Source: an uncultured virus (IMG/VR IMGVR_UViG_3300047539_000012) (taxonomy: Duplodnaviria > Heunggongvirae > Uroviricota > Caudoviricetes). From it: a stretch of DNA of 64,000 nt. The translations under genes and the position numbers were made by a program. The DNA lies in IMG/VR virus record IMGVR_UViG_3300047539_000012; one strand, 5' to 3'. Of the stretch, positions 20,252 to 28,577 are shown one piece after another; position 1 is the stretch's first letter; each line of letters opens with the position of its first letter. Below the pieces are notes generated by a model. The model was not told the DNA's origin and searched no databases. It saw only the letters and a program-made list of their open reading frames with translations.

Positions 20252-21043
20252 CGGCACGAAGGTGTTACGCCGTACCACACTAAAGTGCAAATCGGGCCAG
20301 ACCAGCCTATCAATAATCGTAAGCACGATAGCCTGCAGCCTGTCAAGGTGCCCAATGGGCTAGGCGAATGGATAGCGAAAGCCTGTGTCGGATCATAACA
20401 CACGTGCTTCGCCGTTTGTTCGCCCTACATGTTGTCACATCGTAATATGTGTGAAATCGTGCCACCAACCCCGGTGCATAACTAGACAACAGAGTAACCA
20501 AGGAGAGAGCAGGTGACCAACGTGTGGGGTGTGAGGCAGGTCAGGTTACTACGTAAGGCATTCGCCTATCGCACGCATCGTGCCACCGTCGGCCACGGGT
20601 TCAGGCCGTCTGCACCAAAACACTATATTGGTGCAAGCCACCACAGCACCTGCTAACCCCTTTGCAATCCTACATTTAGAACTACATTTGGCCACACTGC
20701 ATCCAGATCAGCCCAAGTGATTGATTCGTAACACGTTAGTCTCGATGATGAGGGGGCGAAGACAGAGCGAAGTGAGTGAGGGTAAGTCGTTGATAACATA
20801 GGGGGTCAGTACTTAGCCTCGACTGGCGGGTGCGGTCACCCCAGCCGTGTCGCTGCCCGACAGCCCAGCTCGGCCTAGCCTCGCACAACGGACACAACGG
20901 ACATATTTTGGGTCCCATCGCCGCAGGGGGCCCACCCCCATGTCCGGATATATGGCCGTTATATTTTTTTTTTTTGTAAATTTTTGGAAATAGGGTGGTT
21001 AGCGCAACGCGCAGGTGGGTTGGTTACTTCGCCGTTCGTTCGC

Positions 21044-21847
21044 CTAGTTGTGGTAGGACCCGCTCAGGAGGAGGTTACTACCTGTAGCGGTACGCATCGC
21101 TGTCCGTTTGGTCCGTGGGTGCCGCCAGACGGGTTTGTTACGTTCCCACTTGAAGTCGGGCACATGGCCAAGGTACACAGGTTCCACCCGCCACTCCCGT
21201 TCGTGTGCCCGCACCGCAGAGTCTCCGTCCTTCAGGCGTCTTTGGATTCGGTTGGCGGCCCGCCTTGCCGTGGAGTATCGAGCAGGGTGGCGCACGTCGA
21301 GCATCCAGTCGGTCCAGCCGTCGTTGAACGGGGAACTGGTCCGTCTGCGGGTTTGTACCTCATAACAGAAGTTCTCCTGTGGGAAGGAGTCGGGCCCGCA
21401 GTTGGGGAATTCCGTCTGGAGGGGCGGGAGGGCGGCAAGGGCTGCCAGCCGCTGCTGGCTGGCATACTGAGTCATCCAGTCGTCTGCCATCTTCTCTATA
21501 CCCTTGGCCATCTCGGGCTCAAACAGGTTGGGCTTGACCTGTTTGAACGTAACAAAGTCTTCGGGCTTGGCATACTCGGCTTCGCCGGTTCCGGCTACCA
21601 GTTTGTCTATCGCGGCTATGTCCGCTGGCGATACGGCCCCGGGGGTGGCCGCCGATTGCGGCAGCGGTCCAGTGACGTCTTTCAGGGCCAGCCATTCACG
21701 GGCGGTTTTTCGCTTGCTGACTTCCGTGCCGCCGTAGTGACAGGGGAGTTGGTTCGAGAGCGAAGGACGGTAAGCCATCCCGAAGTTGAACATTGTCCAT
21801 ACCCCCGACGGATACGATTTGGAGCGGTTTGTGATATATCCCTTCAT
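21044..21847 (-). CDS. hypothetical protein
   Basis: long ORF; ATGA overlap with 21844-22143. Confidence 0.5.
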   Translation of the reverse strand: MKGYITNRSKSYPSGVWTMFNFGMAYRPSLSNQLPCHYGGTEVSKRKTAREWLALKDVTGPLPQSAATPGAVSPADIAAIDKLVAGTGEAEYAKPEDFVTFKQVKPNLFEPEMAKGIEKMADDWMTQYASQQRLAALAALPPLQTEFPNCGPDSFPQENFCYEVQTRRRTSSPFNDGWTDWMLDVRHPARYSTARRAANRIQRRLKDGDSAVRAHEREWRVEPVYLGHVPDFKWERNKPVWRHPRTKRTAMRTATGSNLLLSGSYHN

Positions 21848-23280
21848 GGGAGATTGTGCCGAATCATGTTCGGCAGAGAGTCCGAGTAGACTTCCCAGTA
21901 GTCGAACCCGCACGTCCGCTTGTCGGGCAGGCACGGCCAAGGGACGGCCCAGCCGTTGGTAAGTATTTCGTAGACTTTGTCCACCGCAGTCTCGGGAACC
22001 CCATTTCCATCTTCGTTCCCTGTCGGCGGAATGATGGCGACGAACACCCGAGGCGAGTAGGCCTCCGGATGTGCCTCGAACTTGCCTTCGGCTGCGATGA
22101 CGATCTCCATATCAACCTTTACGTTTGGAGGGGTTGGTGCCATAGTTTTCTCCTTCGTACCAATCAGTACCAGACGATACTAAAATTGCGGAGGTTATCG
22201 TGTGTATTCTCCGCATGCTACTCCGACATCACCCAAGGCACCCGGCACTGAGGACACACCGACATTTCCTTGAGCCACGCCGGGTCCTTGAAAGACTCGG
22301 GCACACCAAGCCCGCGATAGCCACAGGTGCCCACGTTTGGGCACATGTACGTGATCCAGTCGGTTCGGTCGGAACCCGACATCGGCAGGACGAAGAATGC
22401 AGCGCCCGCCAATGGCCAGCCTAGTCTCAGGTATGCGTCAGCTTCTCTCATCATGCCCCCTTGTGTGCAATCGTCGAAGACTGGCAGAAGTCCGCAATCT
22501 CGGTCAAGCACCCGTGGTCAAGCACAGTCGGATGAGTGGCGGGGAAGTAGCAATACTTCCGCCACGGCCCGTACCAACTAACCATCCCGAGAGTGAAGGT
22601 CGCAGCGGCGACGAACCAAGTCCGCGTCTTGCCGCTGTCTGAGTCGGGCCCTTGAATGAAAGATATGTAGCTCATCGGTTACCCCGAACCCACGTGAGTT
22701 CGCTGTTGAGGCATTCGACAGTGCGCTTCGTCGTACGGAGTTCGCTGTTGAGTTGGGCGACTTCGTTCTTGAACCCGTCGGCTTGAAGGTAGAGGGATTT
22801 AATCGTCAACCGTTCTTCGGAGACGACGGCTTCGAGTTCGTCAATCCAGCGGTCGCGTACCTCAAGTTCCCCCTTGAGTGTGATCGTCAGGGTATAATAC
22901 TCTTCAGCCGACTTGTAGTTGTTCTCCGCTGCCTCTTCGGCCCGCTTCAACTGTTCCTGCAGGTCGTCAATGAAAGCGTTCGTCGTTTCGACGTCATCAA
23001 GCTCAGTGGATTCGGCGGGGACGTTCCCATCGCAGCACGGGATGTCAAGCGGGATGTCGAGAGGCTTAATGATATCGTCCGGGTATATCCACCCGTTCGC
23101 AATCAGCATGTCCTTTATCGTCGAGTAGTCCACGGAGTACGTGGGCAAGTCTTTATCGACCTCAGTCGAGTCGCACTCCTTTTCGTTGTCTTCTAGGCAC
23201 CACTTGCAAACGAACGGGGCCACCACGGTGCTAGTCTCCACGTCAACGACATCGGTACAGCGTTCACATTCGATCTTCAT
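21844..23280 (-). other. hypothetical genes (21844-22143, 22218-about 22454, 22451-22675, 22672-23280 Zn-ribbon plus coiled coil)
   Basis: coupled ORFs with SD sites; CxxC motifs. Confidence 0.55.
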
Positions 23281-23720
23281 GGTATGTTTCTCCTCATTCT
23301 CAGGCCGTCAACATGTGGCCCGTACAGACCCCGCATCACCGAGACTACCTTGTACCCGTTCTTGAGATAGAGCATCTGAGCGACGGTGTTGTCGATCATG
23401 ACGTTCAACTCAATCACCTGATGGTGGTGTCGGGCGTAGTACCCGTACATATCATCCAGCAACTGCGACCCTATCCCCCGATCCCGATAGTTCGGGCTGA
23501 CAGCAATCTGCCACAGGTAGAGCCCAACGTGTTGCCGCTCCATGATGGCGTAGGCGACCACCCTTCCGGAGCCGCCGTCCTTTGTGAAGACGTCTCCCTT
23601 ACGGAACATTCGGGCGAAGTCACCCGGCGGCGGTTGCTCAATTCCTTTGAAGCACTCTGCGCTCATCAACGCTAAAGTCTCCAGCATTGTATCCGTCTTC
23701 TCAACATCAGTTAGTTTCAC
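23277..23720 (-). CDS. GNAT acetyltransferase (RimI-like)
   Basis: IAVSPNYRDRGIGSQLL; LNV..DN..A..LY.KNGY. Confidence 0.9.
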   Translation of the reverse strand: MKLTDVEKTDTMLETLALMSAECFKGIEQPPPGDFARMFRKGDVFTKDGGSGRVVAYAIMERQHVGLYLWQIAVSPNYRDRGIGSQLLDDMYGYYARHHHQVIELNVMIDNTVAQMLYLKNGYKVVSVMRGLYGPHVDGLRMRRNIP

Positions 23721-24177
23721 GGAACCGCCTCCCGTCCTTGGGCCGCCAAGGTTTCATCTTCGGTGTCTCAAGCGGAACTTCAATCCACTTCGTCTTCGGT
23801 ATCGCGCCCTCGGGGGTTTTGTAATAAGTCTCGTATGCATTCTTGAAAGTCTCCTTGAAAATCTTGTGTGCGGGCACTGACTTCGCCTTACCAACCACCC
23901 CCTCCAGATCGGTGTTCGGGTGACTGTGCAGCCCCACGAACTTCTGCATCGCCCAGTCTACCATCTCCGCAGACTCGGGTATATGGCACGTCAACGCATG
24001 ATCGCACTTGTCACAGTATATCCGACACCGCCCGAACGGGTCAACCGCCGTTCCGTAAGTAAATTCCACCTGCAACCACGGGGCTGCTGTCTTCAGCCAC
24101 TGGCGAACGTACATCTCAATGCTAGGCGGGCTCGCTGGCACTTGGAACCTCCTCCACGAAGTACCAGACGGGGTCAT
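23707..24177 (-). CDS. hypothetical Zn-binding protein, C-terminal GRRFRETN
   Basis: CDKC..H.H. Confidence 0.55.
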   Translation of the reverse strand: MTPSGTSWRRFQVPASPPSIEMYVRQWLKTAAPWLQVEFTYGTAVDPFGRCRIYCDKCDHALTCHIPESAEMVDWAMQKFVGLHSHPNTDLEGVVGKAKSVPAHKIFKETFKNAYETYYKTPEGAIPKTKWIEVPLETPKMKPWRPKDGRRFRETN

Positions 24178-24276
24178 ATCCCAGCCACTTCATTCTCGCA
24201 GCGTCCTGCTCGGCACGGTACGTCGCCATGTGCTGTGTCTTATAGGGCCCGAGTATAGTCACGCCCTCCTCGTTGA

Positions 24277-24885
24277 TTATTCGTTTGACTTGCCAAGTGT
24301 CTTCCCCGGCCATAGGTTCTCCTTCGTTATCTCCTGAGGATTCGGGCGATTCTTCATGACAGCTACGATCTCCTCCAGCGACCACGGGCTGAACTCATGC
24401 CCATCCACTCCGATGTCGAACGACTTGCCGACGACGGGCAACTCGCCATGTGAATGCCCGTACACCATGCACGAGCCTTTGTGTGATCTGTTCCACACTC
24501 GCATCGCATAGTGGCAGATGAAAATCTCCGTGTTGTCGAACTTCACGATATGCGTGCCACTCGCTTTGTTCTCGCCACGCACCCAGTCGAATTGTTGTCG
24601 AAGGTACAACTGCTGCTCCATCAGTTCATCGTGGTTCCCGTAGATGAATGCGTGCCGACCATTCAGGGCGTACAGGATATCCAGAGCATCTTTGAGCGGC
24701 ACGGTGTGCCAGAACATGTCTCCGACGTGAATGGTCAGGACGTTATTGGAGTCGGGCACCTTCGCATTGTGCTGCGAGATGATGCGGTCACGCATCTCGG
24801 ACACGTTGGCGAACGGACGTTTGCAGTACTTGATGATGTTCGCGTGTCCGTAATGTTCGTCGGCTGTGATGAACAAATCACTCAT
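24277..24885 (-). CDS. calcineurin-like metallophosphoesterase
   Basis: ADEH, VGD, GNHD, HY, GHSH motifs; AGGAG RBS before ATG 24885. Confidence 0.9.
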   Translation of the reverse strand: MSDLFITADEHYGHANIIKYCKRPFANVSEMRDRIISQHNAKVPDSNNVLTIHVGDMFWHTVPLKDALDILYALNGRHAFIYGNHDELMEQQLYLRQQFDWVRGENKASGTHIVKFDNTEIFICHYAMRVWNRSHKGSCMVYGHSHGELPVVGKSFDIGVDGHEFSPWSLEEIVAVMKNRPNPQEITKENLWPGKTLGKSNE

Positions 24886-24906
24886 TGGAGTCTCCTGCAA
24901 AAATGT

Positions 24907-25190
24907 GCCCCGTTTCTGTTCCCAAGTACGGGGCGAACTCGGTCGTGCGGTCGGGTTAGCGACCAGCAGCGGCAGCCATAGCCAATGGTTTCGTGGCATT
25001 TGGTTTTTATGTGTCCGTTTAACGTGAGCCACACCAGCACGAGATGTCCACCGCCCCTTAATCGCCCCTGTCGAATCTACGCATCCCCGCTCAGGACACA
25101 TAGTGCCCTCAGCGGGAATGGTGGAGATGTCGGGGGGTTGCACCCCGAGTCCAGAAACGTAAGACACAGCTTCATACATCCATAACTTGC
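24907..25190 (-). ncRNA. ssrA: circularly permuted (two-piece) tmRNA
   Basis: acceptor piece ...GGAC-T arm-CATCTCC-A-CCA ends at 25119; 30 nt spacer; coding piece starts GGGGATG..GATTCGAC at 25088; 7 bp acceptor stem with G3:U70; helix 2 pairs the two pieces; tag ORF 24997-24956. Confidence 0.88.
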
Positions 25191-25576
25191 TGCCTTCTGT
25201 TATGCTCGTAAGCGGCATTGGCAGAACGGCAATTTGTGCAACGGCATCGATACTCTTTGTACGAGTTCAAGGTGCCGTGTGGTGAAGTATAAAATCCTCT
25301 TTCCTTCACCGTCTCTGCGAAATGACATGCTCGACACAATAAGTCGCACTTCGCTAACTCTGCTTCGATTCGTTCCTTCCGCCACCCCCAGATTCGATTA
25401 GAAATCTTTTCCTCTCGGACTCGATGGTGGAATTCCAGATTCGTAGTAGACTTACATTTCTGACAGCAATCCCCACGCTCGCTCTCGTAATGAGCACGAC
25501 GATCCGCTATCCAATTGCGTTGCCATTCTAATTGCTTTTCCTTGTCTTTGTATGGCAATGGAAACCCCGCCTTCAT
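25172..25576 (-). CDS. HNH endonuclease
   Basis: CQKC....LEFHH...E..KC.LLCRACH; HGT..Y....CRC..C; real start probably TTG (MPYKDKE). Confidence 0.85.
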   Translation of the reverse strand: MKAGFPLPYKDKEKQLEWQRNWIADRRAHYESERGDCCQKCKSTTNLEFHHRVREEKISNRIWGWRKERIEAELAKCDLLCRACHFAETVKERGFYTSPHGTLNSYKEYRCRCTNCRSANAAYEHNRRQQVMDV

Positions 25577-25617
25577 ACCGTAATAACGCGATGTGCGTGT
25601 CCTTGGTGTTTGAACGA

Positions 25618-25847
25618 TTGCAGTCCTTCTGTGCCCGTCGGCCCGGACTGCAAGGAGGATTTACCTCCGTCCGCACAATGTCTTCATACATAACTTGGTT
25701 GGGCCCTGTCGGGTTTATGCGTATGTTTCCGGATTTCACGGAGTCAACGCCCTCGCCGTGTTGGCCCAACTTCTTTCGGGGCGGGATGCTGTCGGTCTAG
25801 CCGTAAGCAACCGCTTTTCGGACGTCGTCCGATATCCCTATCCCTTC
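25618..25847 (-). ncRNA. putative structured ncRNA
   Basis: multiple stems (GGGAT/ATCCC, TCGGAC/GTCCGA, GTTGGGCC/GGCCCAAC, GGAGG/CCTCC, TTGCAGTCC/GGACTGCAA); no credible ORF. Confidence 0.5.
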
Positions 25848-25870
25848 GTAGCATGAGTCTAGAATACTAC

Positions 25871-26000
25871 GGGAGAACCAAGACCCAGAACTGAAAATTT
25901 AAGGGGTTGTCCACCGCTTGTCCAGTTTCACCCAGTCTTGCCCAGCCTTTCGGCGTGTAGTTTACTGGTCTCTTACTGGCTTGTCGGGATTGGTTCCCCC
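25871..26000 (-). ncRNA. putative 130 nt rod-shaped ncRNA
   Basis: starts at the predicted TSS; 5'/3' ends pair; nested CCAGT/ACTGG stems with a GCC-GAAA-GGC apex. Confidence 0.6.
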
Positions 26001-26007
26001 TATTCAA

Positions 26008-26036
26008 ATACTACTACACGTACACCAACGTGTCAA
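26008..26036 (-). promoter_or_regulatory. sigma70 promoter for the RNA cluster
   Basis: TTGACA-17-TAGTAT. Confidence 0.7.
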
Positions 26037-26241
26037 CTGTTTTCTTTGTGCGTTTGCTGCCCGAACGGTTGAGCGACTTGCGAACCCGGGTTGCAAACTC
26101 GGTCGCTTCCGCTTCAGTGGGAAAGAATCTCGGGAACGGTCGGCCTGAGAATGCCACACGAACTGCGAAGCCGTCCCCGAACACCGTCTTGCCAACGTGC
26201 AGTGTTAGTTTCTCTCTTTGACCATCTTTTACGAACCCCAT
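26014..26241 (-). CDS. hypothetical protein
   Basis: GAGGAGG RBS. Confidence 0.55.
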   Translation of the reverse strand: MGFVKDGQREKLTLHVGKTVFGDGFAVRVAFSGRPFPRFFPTEAEATEFATRVRKSLNRSGSKRTKKTVDTLVYV

Positions 26242-26326
26242 TTGACCCTCCTCTGGGTTACCTTGCGGCTATCTTCCGAATGTGGCTAAGAAAATCTTCC
26301 ACAGACATCGTCCGCTTCATAAAGCC

Positions 26327-28351
26327 TCACTTTTTATAATACGGCGATGAATACCCTTCCGCCTTTAAGACAAAGCCCATACCCTCTGCCCAATCAGGGA
26401 TTTTAGTCATGCAGTCCAACAAATCATTAAGTCCGAGGGGTGAATCGATTGGCGACTCAACTACGAGTTCATCGTGAATCGTCGCAAGAATCCCAAACCC
26501 CAACTTCTCTGCTTCCATCATCCCCCAAGCGAGCAAATCCCGGGCGATAGCTTGAATGACGTTCTCAACGATGAGCCCGCCGTACAGGTCACTCACCTTC
26601 GACCCTTTGGAATCGAACTGCATGTACGAAACTTGCTCAAGCGGTCGGCTGAACTTGTTGCTGACGTTCACGAACGGCTTGTGGTAATGTAGGCACCGTC
26701 CGGACGGCAGTTTGATCTTGAGCACGTTCTTGTTGCGCCCGTCTACGACGCATCCCTTGACGAAGACGCAGATGTTAGACTTGACTGCGTTGATGACCGC
26801 CGTGTTGAACTCCCGCCACAGGGCCGGAATCTCTGGGTACGTTTCACGGAACCCGTAGACTGACTCCTTCGCTTCTTTCTCGGTCAACGTGAGCCCATAC
26901 GTCGCGGCATAGTCAACGTACTTTTCCCATCCCATGCCGTAGCCGCATCCGAGCACCTGAACCTTACCACGGTCACGGTGAGCCCCCGTGATCTGATCCA
27001 TCGGAATGCCCAACTGCTTCGACATACACTCTTTGTAGAGGTCTCTTCCGTTGGCGTATGCGTCCATCATCGAGTGGCACTGAGCCACGACGGAGAGGAC
27101 TCTGGATTCGATCTGTGCCAAGTCACCGACCTTCAGCGAGTGGCCCGGGCTTGCGATGAATGAACTTCTGATCGTCGATGCGACCAGATTCATCGGAGTG
27201 AACGGCGAGTAAATCTTTTTGCCCAGACGAATCGCCCGGGAGTAGATGTCCAGTCTCCGCTTCTCTTCGTCCTTGACTTTCTTGCCCCAGTCGTATGCGA
27301 TGACGTTGCGGTCTGGCTTGAATAAATTCTGGAGTTGGACGCCACGCCCCGCCCATCTCGCTGTATGTGCGCCAGCGTAGATGAACTGGTCACGCAGCCG
27401 ACCGTCAACCCCCATGCGGTCTAGGATAGCCTCTAACTTTTTATAAGCCGAGCCACCCAACTTCTGCTTGAGTTCGAGTATCTGTCTGACCAGTGGCTTG
27501 AGAGTATGCCCATATTTAAGAGCCTCTTCGACATGCTCTTTGTCAAGAGAATCGTAATGGTATCCACGCTCTTTGAGCCAACCAAGTAGTTGAGCCCGAG
27601 AGTTAGGGTTGTCGAGCCCCGTGTTGGCTTTGATCTCGAAGTTGATTTCATCCGCTTCTGCTTCTGCGAGTTTCTTTGCGTTGGTGACGTATGCTTGATC
27701 AATGTTGACTCCTCTCTCGTTCATGCGTTGGTCTAACTGCCAGACTCGGAACTCCTCGTCAGTCATCGGGCAGTTCAGTGCGACGGCAGCGTGATAGGTT
27801 TCACGTTCGGCCCGGACGTCCTGCAGACAGTACTGGCAGAACTGTTCCCATTCTTCGGGATGGCTGATCCAGTCTTTGTAGTACATCGTGGGTGCGCCGG
27901 GATTCTTCTTGAGCACCGTCTTTTTCTGCTTCGTCGGCTCGCTGAACATCTTGACGTACTTCTTGCCGTCTTTGTTTTTCGCTTCAACGATGTTCAACGC
28001 CTTCGCCGCCCGATCCAAACCGATTGGTAGCGACATGTAAGCGCAGAGAACGCTGGGATCGAACCATCGTGCTCTGTCTATCGTGAGCCCCACGCAGCGT
28101 GCGGATATCAGGCGTTCAAAATTGTAGTTCCACGCACCGAGCAGAATCTGGGGGTCATCGAGCCACGTCCTGAGGTCGGCGGGCATCTCTTCGCCTAACC
28201 AGATGCGCCAGAGTTTGGGGTCTTCATCGTTCAGGGCGTACGCCAGCATCAACGGCTGAGTTGTCGGGTCAAGGCTGTACCTGTCGAGCCCGTGATTCTT
28301 GAGCTTGTTGGAACTGCGAGTCTCATAATCGAGCCAAAGTCTGGTTACCAT
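26327..28351 (-). CDS. polA: family A DNA polymerase (3'-5' exonuclease + polymerase)
   Basis: LDYET exo I; HTARWAG..VQLQNL; DLAQIESR (motif A); R...K...L...YG (motif B); TIHDE (motif C). Confidence 0.95.
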   Translation of the reverse strand: MVTRLWLDYETRSSNKLKNHGLDRYSLDPTTQPLMLAYALNDEDPKLWRIWLGEEMPADLRTWLDDPQILLGAWNYNFERLISARCVGLTIDRARWFDPSVLCAYMSLPIGLDRAAKALNIVEAKNKDGKKYVKMFSEPTKQKKTVLKKNPGAPTMYYKDWISHPEEWEQFCQYCLQDVRAERETYHAAVALNCPMTDEEFRVWQLDQRMNERGVNIDQAYVTNAKKLAEAEADEINFEIKANTGLDNPNSRAQLLGWLKERGYHYDSLDKEHVEEALKYGHTLKPLVRQILELKQKLGGSAYKKLEAILDRMGVDGRLRDQFIYAGAHTARWAGRGVQLQNLFKPDRNVIAYDWGKKVKDEEKRRLDIYSRAIRLGKKIYSPFTPMNLVASTIRSSFIASPGHSLKVGDLAQIESRVLSVVAQCHSMMDAYANGRDLYKECMSKQLGIPMDQITGAHRDRGKVQVLGCGYGMGWEKYVDYAATYGLTLTEKEAKESVYGFRETYPEIPALWREFNTAVINAVKSNICVFVKGCVVDGRNKNVLKIKLPSGRCLHYHKPFVNVSNKFSRPLEQVSYMQFDSKGSKVSDLYGGLIVENVIQAIARDLLAWGMMEAEKLGFGILATIHDELVVESPIDSPLGLNDLLDCMTKIPDWAEGMGFVLKAEGYSSPYYKK

Positions 28352-28359
28352 CGTAACCT

Positions 28360-28577
28360 CCAATCGCTGTAATCACTGTAAATCGGGAAAAGTGAACTAT
28401 CTTGTTGATTCTAAATGGTCCGAAGGTCAATCGCTTTCACTGTAATCCCTATATATACGACTCATTTTTTTTTCTTCATGTATATATAGGGCTGACAGCG
28501 ACAGCGATTGGGTCTAAGTCACTCATTCTAAAAGAAAATAACTGCTGTCACCTCCTTACAGCGATTCGACAGCGATT
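28360..28577. repeat. putative replication origin (inverted iterons around an AT-rich palindrome)
   Basis: AATCGCTGT / ACAGCGATT copies flanking CCCTATATATAC...T-tract...GTATATATAGGG. Confidence 0.65.

Noticed and set aside
20984..21889. 301 aa plus-strand ORF
   Set aside because: It is antisense to a coupled minus-strand gene, has no RBS and has no recognisable motifs.
25119..25155. tRNA gene or attP tRNA fragment
   Set aside because: There is no D or anticodon arm; it pairs with the downstream GGGGATG as the tmRNA acceptor piece.
24886..25218. N-terminal extension of the phosphoesterase in the ORF track
   Set aside because: It overlaps the tmRNA; the true start is ATG 24885, with an AGGAG RBS and the first motif directly after.
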